The translations under genes were made by a program, and so were the position numbers. Shown piece after piece: positions 12,901 to 26,300 of a stretch of DNA of 64,000 bases. Below the pieces are notes generated by a model. The model was not told where the DNA came from, searched no databases, and saw only the letters and a list, made by a program, of their open reading frames with translations. The stretch covers positions 14,632,001 to 14,696,000 of the forward strand of contig OZ024760.1 in the NCBI GenBank assembly GCA_964016885.1, written 5' to 3'. Positions within the stretch are counted from its first letter, which is position 1. Each line of letters begins with the position of its first letter. The stretch comes from Eledone cirrhosa (Eukaryota).

Positions 12901-15900
12901 TCCCGCCGAGGTTAACTTTGCCTTTCATCCTTACGGGGTCGATAAAATAAAGTACCAGTAATACACTGGGATAATTGCTGGCCTTGTACCAAAAGTAGAA
13001 ATAATTATTTATTCAAAGTAATCCAACTTATTTTACTAATGGGATAAAAAATTATAAAATGGACGCTGTCCCGCACTCCTCCCTCTATTATATTATAGAT
13101 TATTATTACCTCATCTTCTATTTTCAGTGTTGATGCTGCAATACAGGAGTTTGCTAAAGTAAGTTGGATACTCTTCTTTGTATGTAACTTACATTCAATA
13201 TTCTCTCTCTCTCCTCAACTATGTCCCAGATAGTTATATATTCTCACTCTCTCTCTCTCTCTCCTCAACTATGTCCCAGATAGCTGTATATTGTCTCTCT
13301 CTCTCTCCTTAACTATATCCCAGATAGTTATATATTCCCTCTCTCTCTCCAACTATGTCCGAGATAGCTATTAAATATTCCCTCTCTCTCTGTGTTAGTC
13401 TGTCTCTCTTTATCTTTCCCTCTTTGTCTCATGTCCCAGATAAATAGATATTCCCCTATCTCTCTATCCTCTCTTTCATCAACTATATCCCAGATAACTA
13501 TAACTATATATTCCCTTCCTCTCTCTTTCTCTCTCTCTCCCTCAGTGCCGTCCTCCCGGAATCTACAAACAACACTATATTGATGATTTAATTCAACGTT
13601 ACGGAGATAAAGAGGAGACAATCTGTGCTCCGATACAACCTGAGTGGTGTCTTGGTAAGTTCCTTTAACCCTTTCATTCCCATATTCCTGATGAGCGACT
13701 CTCTAATGATCCCAACAGATCAAGCTTGCAATGGTGGCACCGAGTTGAAAATATCATTGAGTCCCTTTGTGTCAAACTTATTTTAATTAATACATGTAGC
13801 TTAGAGGTCAGGGAATCACTCTAGGTAGAGATCACAGCTCCGATACTATGGACATGTGGTTAGAATGTCTCAGGAAAGAATTGCTGCACATATTTGTAGC
13901 TTGGAGGTCAGGGAGTCACTCTAGGTAGAGCTGCTACTTCTCCAAACCAGATCACAGCTCCGATACTATGGACATGTGGTTAGAATGTCTCAGGAAAGAA
14001 TTGCTGCACATATTTGTAGCTTGGAGGTCAGGGAGTCACTCTAGGTAGAGCTGCTACTTCTCCAAACCAGATCACAGCTCCGATACTATGGACATGTGGT
14101 TAGAATGTCTCAGGAAAGAATTGCTGCACATATTTGTAGCTTGGAGGTCAGGGAGTCACTCTAGGTAGAGCTGCTACTTCTCCAAACCAGATCACAGCTC
14201 CGATACTATGGACATGTGGTTAGAATGTCTCAGGAAAGAATTGTTGTACATATTTGTAGCTCAGAGATGAGGAAGTCACTCTAGGTAGAACTGCTACTTC
14301 TCTGAACCAAGAGATCACAGCTTTGGTACTATGGACATGTGGTTAGAATGTCTCAGGAAAGAATCGCTGGATAGATTTTATGGACAAAGCCAACAGGCGG
14401 GAGACATAGAGATACATCCTGAACAAGATGGTTGGATAACTTGGTCATGCTTGTGAATCCAGCTGAATCAATTGGTGACAGCTGCTTACGATAGGGCTAT
14501 CTAGAAAGCGAGTCTTAGTACTCTGCCCCAATGACCCTGCTTGGAATACTTGGGTGAGGACATGTAGACAACATATTTGAGATTCATCTAATTGGCAGTA
14601 TCGGTAGAGTGTTGGATGCCATACTTTGCAGCATAGAGTTATGGGCCTTTACGGTCTGGGTCCAAATCCCGCCGAGGTTAACTTTGCCTTTCATCCTTAC
14701 GGGGTTGATAAAATAAAGTACCAGTAATACACTGAGATAATTGCTGGCCTTGTGCCAAAAGTAGAAACAATTATTTATGATAGCAAAGGCAATGGATTAG
14801 CAAAATCATTAGAGTGTTGGACAAAATGCTTTGTGGTATTTATTTCAATAAAATAAAGTACCAGTAATGCACTAGGGTCGATCTAATTGACTGTCCTCTC
14901 CCTCTAAATTACGCCTAAATCAGAAGCCATTATTTATGATAGCAAAAAAAAAATAATAATAATTTGGAGCCCCTTAAATGTTGTGAGCCTCTGGCTACAG
15001 TCCTTGAAGCTGGTACTCCAGCATGGCCACAGTCAAAGAATAATACCGTTGAAGGCAGTCTCCAAGTATGGCCACAGTTCAAAACTAAAACCCTCTCAGA
15101 GGTGGTGCCCCAGCATGGCCACAGTCTAACACAAATACCATTGAAAGCAGTGCCCAAGCATGGCCACAGTCCAGTACTAATACCATTCCAGCATTGTCAC
15201 AGTTCAATGTCTGAACCCCCAACCCCTTCCCTGAAGATGGTGCCCCAGCATGGCCACAGTCCAATACTAAATGGCTATGTCTATCTTGACTCTACCCTGT
15301 GGTTGTTTGATTCTCTTCAGAATACGATGACTCTGTAAAAGACGATGATAATATTGAGGAAGCTAACGGTGACTCTAGTCATGGCACACAGGCACCAATC
15401 CCAACCAGTGTACCAACAAGACACAAGAAGGAATTTTTCAAAAAGGTATGAATACTTATCATTATTGAGGGTGGTGGATTGGCAGTATTGGTAGAGGGTT
15501 GGACGCCATGCTTTCTAGCATAGTTATGGTCTGAGTTCAAATCCCGTCGAGGTTAACTTTGCCTTTCATCCTTACGGGGTCGATAAAATAAAGTACCAGT
15601 AATGTACTGGGATAATTGCTGGCCTTGTGCCAAAATTATTATTACTGAAGCCCTGATTAATTTGAAGAGGAAAATGAAGGTGGAGAGAGAAGTGCTGCCT
15701 TCCTACCAGTTTGTTGAAAGGTAGATGAGTGTGATGAGCATGGTCATAGTGAACGGGCCTTCACTGAGTATGCACTTGTAGATTGGAGGAAGATGAGGGT
15801 GACAGAGCTTTTTGTGGGTTTTCCCTTTGAAGTCTTCCCCCAATTAAGGAATTTTCTTTTGTTTGAAATTCTTTACATGTTTTTGTTGTTTTCTTGTTAG

Positions 15901-18900
15901 TCCCTTTTTTACAAGCAAAACCCCATTTTGTATTGACCTGTGTTGTTTTTAATATTTTCTTGATGTCAGCACTGTGTGGCTAATAAAGAAACCATTGTTA
16001 TTATTATTATTCGCATCTGGGGGCAATGGATTGGCAGAATTGGTGGAGTGTCAGGCACCCTGCTTTGCGGCTGAGCTCAACTTTGACATTCATCCTTCCA
16101 GGGTTGATGAAATAGCGTACCAGTTAAATACTGAGGTTGATATAATTTACTTTCCTCTCCCTCAAAATGGCTGGCAAAAAATTATTTAAATAATGAAAGA
16201 ATCCTTAGTCATTGGTTTTGAATTGAACACATGCTTCATTCCATTCTGAGGAAATTCCCAACTTTTTGAAAATTTGAGCTTTCTAAAAACACCTAAGACT
16301 TAATTCTTTTGTTTCCATAGAAGGTCCAACCCTGAAAAAAGTAGGTCATCGTCTTCCGTTTCTGCCAAGAAATTTTGGCAGAAATTACTGGGAAAAAGTT
16401 TCCTTCTGTAATCAACAAAATGTGGTGTAAAAAAAAAATCTTTCCAACCTTTCTTCTGTTGCTTCTTTTTCCAACTTTCTCCATGTAAGAGAAATGCACA
16501 TGCGAACACTGTCACCACCATGACCACCACCACCACCAGTCAACTAATTGACAGTGGTGAGGAGAGGAACAACAAGAAGAACAACTACAACCACCACAAC
16601 ATAAAACAATGGTAATTTCACAGATAACAACATCACTCCATTATATACAGTCGAACTAGCCAGCTCGCCACTCAGCCAGCTAGTTACTCAGCCAGTTAGC
16701 CACTCAGCCAGCCAGCAAGTCTTTTGTGGCTGCTGATCAAAACCTAGAAAACATACCCTATGACAAAGAACTGCTAAAGGAAGCCAAGTCCATAGTAAAC
16801 AAAAAATGGCCACAGAGTTGCCCTCCAAATCCCACCACAGGTAATTAAGGAGACACATTTCCTCACAGTCATGTAGAAAACAATGGGCATGAAGTCACCA
16901 CTGAATCCAGCATACAAAAGACCATTGGTTGTGAGTGGAAAATGCACATAACGTGAAGGAAGATATTTGCAACAGTAAGTATAAAATTTGCCACCATGAA
17001 GAAGGCAAAATTGCACACCCTCACAACTTTGAAAAGCAAGAAGGTGATTCTTGTGCTGTCGTACTGCAGCCAAAATCAGGGTGACACGAGTGCTACTTAA
17101 GATAGCCTTCCATTGGCTAATATCAGTTGTTACCCCTAGCATTGAAGATGAAACCATCAAAGTCCGTGAGATGAGAACGGAAAACTAGTCCGGAATGAGG
17201 ATGAAGCTCCTTGTCCTAACTGACCAGCAATCTCTGGATTCCATCTTTGAGGTAATTGACCTCCTGGACAGTACTTATCTGGCAGCAGTGGTGGAAGGGA
17301 GGAGACCATGTTGTCACACTTATGCCACTGCCATTCACTTTAGGGCTTTCTGCCCACAACTAGCTGCCAGAAAAAGAAAACCCACTACTGTCAATGCCTC
17401 AACCACAGAAGCAACAAAATGTTCACAAACTTTCTGCAGCGAATGTGAGGTTGGTGATGGCAGTGCCTGCGCTTGAAACCATGGAAGACGGTCTACAACA
17501 TGCTGCACCAGCAACACCAATTCCTAACACTTGAACACGTGATGACAACATGACCCTCCTTGACTTGGCATAGTCAGATATAGATTGTAGTGAGAGAAAG
17601 GAGTAGCATCTGTTCCTAAACAAAAGATAAACTCTGACTTTGCTCACTAAAAAAGTGTGCAGACGATAAAAAGTTGGAATCACAAAGTACATACCGATAC
17701 CTATGCCTACCTTATCACCACCATCGTCATTATTACTACCACCGATACCAACATCTCAAACATAACCGAACCTACACCTGCAATAATAATAACAACAACT
17801 ACAAACCCAACAGACAAGTTACACAGCCATAAACACAAACAACAAAAACTAATGCACTGCATACAAATGTCGCACAAAACAATTACATCACTCAACTTAA
17901 AATCGCACTACTAACCCACTTAAAAATTGAACAAAACATCGACACAAAATTAAAAATTAAATACCTGAAGGAGTCAAAGACTTGCAAGGGTTCATTACAA
18001 AGAATATTTGTTCTCACTTAACTGAGGAGACCCCCACAACCAGCCTTCCTTTCTCTACTTGAACAGGGTAAGTGATCCTTCACGCTTTTCCCCCACTTCA
18101 TCAAACATGGCCTCACTCAGGATATGCAGTGTAAATGGACGTGACGTGGACTAGGTGCTTTTTTAAAATTTTATTTTGCTGCCAGCAGTACCAAACATTT
18201 GTTTTGTTTTTTTTAAATCCCCTATCATCTGTGTCATTTTTACTTTCAGAATGCCCAGTTTATGGAGGGTGTAAAAGGAGTGTATGTAGTTGAAGACCAA
18301 TCTCTTCTGTCTAGCATACAGCATAGATGTCAAAACATGTGTGGATGGAAGTTGTAAGTGGAGAGAAATATTGTTTACTTCTTCTTGTCTTCTCTCCTGT
18401 TTTCTTCTCTCTTCTGTCTTATTGTTTTTTGCCTTCTTCTGTCTTCTTGTCTTCTCCTGTCTTCTTGTCTTCTCCTCTCTTCTGTCTTCTTGTCTTCTCC
18501 TCTCTTCTGTCTTCTTGTCTTCTCCTCTCTTCTGTCTTCTTGTCTTCTCTCTTCTGTCTTCTTCTCTCATCTGTCTTCTTCTCTCTTGTCTTCTTCTCTA
18601 TTCTGTCTTCTTGTCTTCTGCCTTTTTCTGGCTTCTTCTGTCTCTCCCCCCTGCTCCTCCTCATGATGATGATGATGATTAATGGTGTTTGCTTTTTTTC
18701 CAGCTCTGGATTTCCAGGGTCACAACCTGTTTCAATGGACATTAAAAATATCTGCTACCTCAAGGAGAAACCTTATAAAGTTAGCTGGAAAGCTGATGGT
18801 ACAAGGTTAGCCTTGTTTTTTACTAAAGTGTATGTTATAGTAGTGATAGCGGTGGTGGTGTTTATCTATCTGTCTATATGGAATGTGAATAATATTTTGT

Positions 18901-19125
18901 GTGTAATATAAAGACTCTTTTCCAGAACAGTTCACCATACCAAGAACAATATGTTCTTGGTATGGTGAACTAACTGTTGTGGAACTACTTCTATCAAACT
19001 CATCCCATGGACTGAGTGCTCTACTACTACGGATATAACCCTCCAGTGTTCTACTATTATATATATATATGTATATATATATAAGCACACACACACATAT
19101 AATCATCATCATATGCATGAATGTG

Positions 19126-19158
<33 letters not shown>

Positions 19159-19236
19159 TCACGCACATAATGATGATGATATATATGTGTGTGCGTGCTT
19201 ATATATATTAATTTATCAGCACAGGATCACACACAC

Positions 19237-19296
<60 letters not shown>

Positions 19297-19642
19297 CTAT
19301 ACGAGCGAGACACGGTCACCCGACCAATCTTACTTCAAGTGGGACAACTCCCGTCTAACCCCTGCTAGCGTTGAAGATAGACGTTAAACGATGATGATGA
19401 TGATACACACACACACACATATATATATTAATTTAGCTGCCGAGACACTGCATCCTTTAAAACCCTCATGCTTCCCGAAATATGCCAAAACTACACCTGA
19501 TGTACCCCTTCCATACACATGCACATGTGTATATCATGACTCATGCACTGTTCATTTTCCTGACGTTTGTACATTACCCTATGTACTATACATACACTTT
19601 TTGATGAGTTGTAGTGCACCTGAGCACTGTACACAATATTTC

Positions 19643-19675
<33 letters not shown>

Positions 19676-21582
19676 TGTATATGACATGTATAATTACAGG
19701 TACATGACCCTAATAGATGGCCCTGACCAAGTCTATATGATAGATCGTGACAATGCTGTGTTCCATGTGCCAAACCTACTGTTCCCCTCTCGGAAGATTC
19801 CATCGGAACATCTCACAGACACACTTCTGGATGGGGTAAGTTTAGTATTGAGCTTTCTTGTTTGAAGAGGGAGGGTGAGAGAGATGTAGAGAGAGAAAGT
19901 GTGTGTGAGAGAGGGGGTGAGAGACGTAGAGAGAGAGAGAGTGTGAGAGATGTAGAAGGCAGGTGAGATATGTAAAGAGAGAGAGGGTGAGAGATGTAAA
20001 GAGAGAGAGGGTGAGAGATGTAAAGAGAGAGAGGGTGAGAAATGTGAAGAGAGAGCGGGTGAGAGATGTAAAGAGAGAGAGGGTGAGAGATGTGAAGAGA
20101 GAGCAGGTGAGAGATGTAAAGAGAGAGAGGGTGAGAGATGTAAAGAGAGAGAGGGTGAGAGATGTGAAGAGAGAGCAGGTGAGAGATGTAAAGAGAGAGA
20201 GGGTGAGAGATGTAAAGAGAGAGAGGGTGAGAGATGTGAAGAGAGAGCAGGTGAGAGATGTAAAGAGAGAGAGGGTGAGAGATGTAAAGAGAGAGAGGGT
20301 GAGAGATGTGAAGAGAGAGCAGGTGAGAGATGTGAAGAGAGAGCAGGTGAGAGATGTGAAGAGAGAGAGGGTGAGAGATGTAAAGAGAGAGAGGGTGAGA
20401 GATGTGAAGAGAGAGCAGGTGAGAGATGTAAAGAGAGAGAGGGTGAGAGATGTGAAGAGAGCAGGTGAGAGATGTAAAGAGAGAGAGGGTGAGAGATGTA
20501 AAGAGAGAGCAGGTGAGAGATGTGAAGAGAGAGCAGGTGAGAGATGTGAAGAGAGAGAGGGTGAGAGATGTAAAGAGAGAGAGGGTGAGAGATGTAAAGA
20601 GAGAGAGGGTGAGAGATGTAAAGAGAGAGAGGGTGAGAGATGTGAAGAGAGAGCAGGTGAGAGATGTAAAGAGAGAGAGGGTGAGAGATGTGAAGAGAGA
20701 GCAGGTGAGAGATGTAAAGAGAGAGAGGGTGAGAGATGTAAAGAGAGAGAGGGTGAGAGATGTGAAGAGAGAGCAGGTGAGAGATGTGAAGAGAGAGAGG
20801 GTGAGAGATGTAAAGAGAGAGAGGGTGAGAGATGTGAAGAGAGAGCAGGTGAGAGATGTAAAGAGAGAGAGGGTGAGAGATGTAAAGAGAGAGAGGGTGA
20901 GAGATGTGAAGAGAGAGCAGGTGAGAGATGTAAAGAGAGAGAGGGTGAGAGATGTAAAGAGAGAGAGGGTGAGAGATGTGAAGAGAGAGCAGGTGAGAGA
21001 TGTGAAGAGAGAGCAGGTGAGAGATGTGAAGAGAGAGAGGGTGAGAGATGTAAAGAGAGAGAGGGTGAGAGATGTAAAGAGAGAGAGGGTGAGAGATGTG
21101 AAGAGAGAGAGGGTGAGAGATGTAAAGAGAGAGAGGGTGAGAGATGTGAAGAGAGAGCGGGTGAGAGATGTGAAGAGAGAGCAGGTGAGAGATGTAAAGA
21201 GAGAGAGGGTGAGAGATGTAAAGAGAGAGAGGGTGAGAGATGTGAAGAGAGAGCAGGTGAGAGATGTGAAGAGAGAGCAGGTGAGAGATGTAAAGAGAGA
21301 GAGGGTGAGAGATGTGAAGAGAGAGAGGGTAAGAGATGTAAAGAGAGAGAGAGGGTGAGAGATGTGATGGTGGCAGTGGTGGTGCTAATGACAGTTGTGG
21401 CAGTGATGGTCGTGTTGGTGGTGGTGGTGTTTATGGTGATAACGATGATGATGGTTATTAACTATGTATTTCAGGAGATGATCCTAGACAAAGTCAACGA
21501 TAAAGTAGTGCCGAGATATTTAGTCTACGACATTGTCAAATTTATGGTAAGATTAATTTTCTTCATATTATATGTATATATT

Positions 21583-21629
<47 letters not shown>

Positions 21630-22888
21630 GTAGATATATTACATGTATATATTTATATATATGTGTGTGTGTATATATGTATATATATATCATATTTGTT
21701 TATCCATGTATTCCAGGGCAAAGATGTTGGAGGCACTGTCTTTGAGCGACGGCTTCTGTGTATCAAAAAGGAGATTATTGATCCAAGATATTCACGGATG
21801 AGTGAAGGACTTTTGGACAAAACTAAAGAACCGTTCAGTGTACGAGCTAAAGACTTCTGGGATACTGCCTTATCTAGAAAGGTGAGTAACAACCCTAACC
21901 CCCGTTTGATATGTGAGATAAAGGCTTTATCTCACATAATATCGAATCTATGAGATTTTGATATTATTTATTTTGAGAACAATACCTTAACATCAGTGTG
22001 AATGGCCAGTTACGGCCAGTTTGAACAGAAAGAGGTGAGAGAAATTTGACCGGATACAGCTGGTTTAAATGCTAAAGGGTTAAAGTGCTTATATTTATCT
22101 AAAAACCTTCCAATGGAAACTTTGTTTCTTTGGTCTGATCTGGTGATCTGCAGATAGTATCAACATTGGAAAGACCAAAGGAAATAGTTTCTTTAGTCCA
22201 TTTCATGATTGACTCCTTTCCATTCGAGCAAGGTTTTACAGCTAAATGCCCTTCATGGCACTAACCCTTTTAATCACCTCCTATGACATGTACCTTCTCT
22301 AAACTATATACACACACTAATGTTTTTATTTATGACTCTACTATATATGATGTATACATGACTATGCTATATTTGTTGTATAAAAATGACTATACTATAT
22401 GATGTATATATATGACTATACTATATATGCTGTATATATATATATATATGCAAAAGTTTTATTTAAGATTGTTGGGTTACAACGAGTAAATATTTTATAA
22501 CTGATATAAAAGCACTCGACAGTTTCTGGAGTAGGTTTACGATATTAAACAAATGGAAACTATATTTATAAAACCATATTTATTTCGTTATATATATTTC
22601 TGGGATATCATATTAAAAATATGTTATGCCTTCCTCAGACAAAATACAATACATAAGCTGTTTTATAAATAATTAGTGACATACCTTTTGAGAATGCAAC
22701 TTCCTTTTAAAAAAAAAAAAAAATCAACTTTTTTAAAAGGAAGTTGCATTCTCAAAAGGTATGTCACTAATTATTTATAAAACAGCTTATGTATTGTATT
22801 TTGTCTGAGGAAGGCATAACATATTTTTAATATGATATCCCAGAAATATATATAACGAAATAAATATAGTTTCCATTTGTTTAATATC

Positions 22889-22923
<35 letters not shown>

Positions 22924-23325
22924 AGGTGGCAAATTGGCAGAATCGCTAGATCATCGGGTAGAATGCTTTGTGATGTTCATTTCGGCACTCTGCTCTCTGA
23001 GTTCAAATCCCACCGAAGTCAACTTTGCCTTTCATCCTTTCGAGGTCTATAAAAAAAGTACCAGTCTAGTATTGGGGTCGAGTTTCCTCTATATCTCTTT
23101 CTCATTTCCTCTCTCTCACTTTCTATCTTTCTCCGGAAGAAATCTGCTGTACTCGGGCCTGGAGAGGGGTGGGCTCTGCCAGGCTTTAAAAAATGCCCAA
23201 GAAACACTGTATGTCAATATGGCACCCCCACGACTATCAGGAGAGGAATATATATATGACTATACTATATGATGTATATATATATGACTACTATATTATG
23301 TATATATCTGACTTTACTGTATATG

Positions 23326-23365
<40 letters not shown>

Positions 23366-26300
23366 GACTATACTATATGATGTATATATATATGAATATA
23401 CTATATAATGTATATATATATATATATGACTATACTATCTGATGTATATATATATATATATGACTATACTATATGATTTATATATATGACTATACTATAT
23501 GATTTATATATATGACTAAACTATATGATGTATCTTTGCATCTCAGTTACTCGATGGTAAATTCACAAATGAAGTCAGTCATGAAGTTGATGGCCTCATC
23601 TTCCAACCAGCTGAGGAGGTATGTATTATTATTATTATTATTATTACTACTACTACTATTACTACTGTGAAGGTGCATGGCTTAGTGGTTATAGCGTTGG
23701 GCTTACAATCAAGAGGTTGTAAGTTCGATTCTCAGACCGGGCTTTACATTGTGTTCTTGAGCAGTTGAGTGTTAAGTGGTGGTGTTTGTGCCATGATAAA
23801 AAGTTCTCTGTCTCACTTGTTAGGTGGTCGTGCTGGTGCCATGGTAACACCCACGCTGTACACACCATGAAGTGGTTAGCCTTAAGGAGGACATACAGCC
23901 ATAGAAACCTTACCAGAATGGATTGTATGAATAAGACAGTCATCTGACCTGTCTAGCCTCCATACATGCCAACCCAAACCCTTTAGCATTTACATTATTC
24001 TATATTTACTATTGCATTTTCACGGTAAAGGTTTTACCTCACATAATATCGAATCTATGAGATTTTGATATTATTTATTTTGAAAACAATACCTTAGCAT
24101 AAGTATGAGCAGCTGGTTACAGCCGGTTTGAACAGAAAGAGGTGAGAGCATTCTGGCCGGATACAGCCGGTTTAAATGCTAAAGGGTTAAATGGTGATGA
24201 TGATGCCTTGAAATTACATTATAAAATTCTTTCTCTGTTAATCTGATACCCCCACCCCCTCACACCCCTATCTTCTTATCATTTTCAGAAATACATTTGT
24301 GGACGAAACCCCAATGTACTCAAGTGGAAACCAGCTACAATGAACTCTGTTGATTTCCGACTAGATATTCGTAAAGTGGAAAAGAAGGGGTAAGTATTTT
24401 ATCTAAAAAAAACATATCCATATAATTTTTCGAACTGTGGGCTACAGACATGCTTTCTTCTCCCCTCTGCATCTTCTACTATTACAACAACTAGCATAAA
24501 AACCACCCGTCGGTGGTTTTCTGCTAGCACATGTAGTGTGCATATTGATATTATAAGCAAATATATATGCATGTAGATATGATACGTTAAATAAAATCAT
24601 AATTGACAATATGCACAGAAATTGAAGAGAGACTGAGTTACACTCTCTTCTGTAATCAATAAAGTAATTCATGATATATTTAAAAAAGACGATATCATAT
24701 ATAAACTACATTATGGCAAAATTTAGAAAACCAGCCAGAAACAAACCTGTCTTAACCCATACTATGAGGATGATGATGATGATCATCATCATCATTAGGA
24801 ATATAAATGTTGGACTGTCCGGTTATTTATGACTCACTCTGTATTTATATATTTACTATAATTTGTTCAACATGCTGACGCATATGTGTATATATATGTG
24901 TGTGTGTGTGTGTAACTATACATGCATATGCATACATTTATATGTATGACTACATAAATATAAACGTGCAAACACAGACACACTTAGAAAAATACACACT
25001 CATAGACATACATTCACACAAACGCACACACATACACAACATAATAAATGGAACACCAGCTGCTATCGTTTTTTCACCATCCCCTTCCTTTCTTTTACAC
25101 ACTCATACGTTCACACAGGCAGCAGACGTAAAAAGAGAGGAGTAGTATGAGGTAGTTAAACTACTCCTCTCTCTTTACGTGGTGTTAGGAAGGGCATCCA
25201 GCTGTAAACACCTTTGCCGGAGCCAGGTGCGGTGTGGCCAATCTTGGCCAGACTTATTTCTCGACACAGATGACCCGTCTAACCCATACAAGCATGGGAA
25301 AATGGACATTAAACGGTGATGATGATGATGATGTGTGTATGTAGACATGCATCATCATCATCATCATCGTTTAACGTCTATCTTCCATGCTAGCATGGGT
25401 TAGACGGGAATTGTCCCACTTGAGGCAAGATTGATCGGGTGACCGTGTCTCGCTCATATAGTACTATCAGGCTGGATGCCCCTCCTAACACTAACCACAT
25501 TTACAGTGTGGACTGGGAGCCTTTTTATTGTGTCTCCTACATGACCACTTTACAGTGTGGACTGTTTTTTTAAGCCATGACACCTATACAACCTCTTTAG
25601 TGTGGACTGGATGTTGTGATACCAACAAAACTTTATAGAGAAAGGATGGTGTTAGTGGGAGGATGGAATAGGGGTAGTGGGTTTGGGTGTATATTTGTTC
25701 AGGACGGGCCTACTGACATGCATATATGTATATAATTAAATATGTGTATATATTGTTTTTTCCCTTCAGAATGTTACCTGAAACAAAGGGCTATCTATTT
25801 GTTGGACATTGGGACAACCCATTCGCTGAAATGAAGGTGATTATTGGTTGTTGTTTTCTATTTTTTAGCTCTTTATCTATGAAGTCAACTTTACCTTCCT
25901 TCCTTTTCAAGGCCAGGGTGGTAGACTTAATGTGTCACCTGGTTTAGCACCATCACCACCTAGCCCTTGGGTGGTAGACTTTATATGTCACCTGGTTTAA
26001 CACCACTACCACCAGCACCTAGCCTTTGGGTGGTAGACTTTATACGTCACCTGGTTTAACACCACCAGCACCTAGCCTTTGGGTGGTAGACTTAATGTGT
26101 CACCTGGTTTAACACCACCACCTAGCCCTTGGGTGGTAGACTTAATGTGTCACCTGGTTTAACACCACCACCTAGCCCTTGGGTGTTAGACTTAATGTGT
26201 CACCTGGTTTAACACCACCAGCACCTAGCCGTTGGGTGTTAGACTTTATATGTCACCTGGTTTAACACCACTACCACCAGCACCTAGCCGTTGGGTGTTA

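Noticed and set aside
15000-15270. Repeated cagcatggccacagtc with variable intervening sequence
   Set aside because: The spacers are related to one another and the motif matches a dispersed repeat end (reverse copy near 4400); a decayed tandem repeat, not CRISPR.
19963-21633. 556-aa and 297-aa ORFs of RDVKRERV / GERCKERE repeats
   Set aside because: Translation of an intronic 24-bp minisatellite. Only 21475-21546 is a real RNGTT exon, with its own acceptor.
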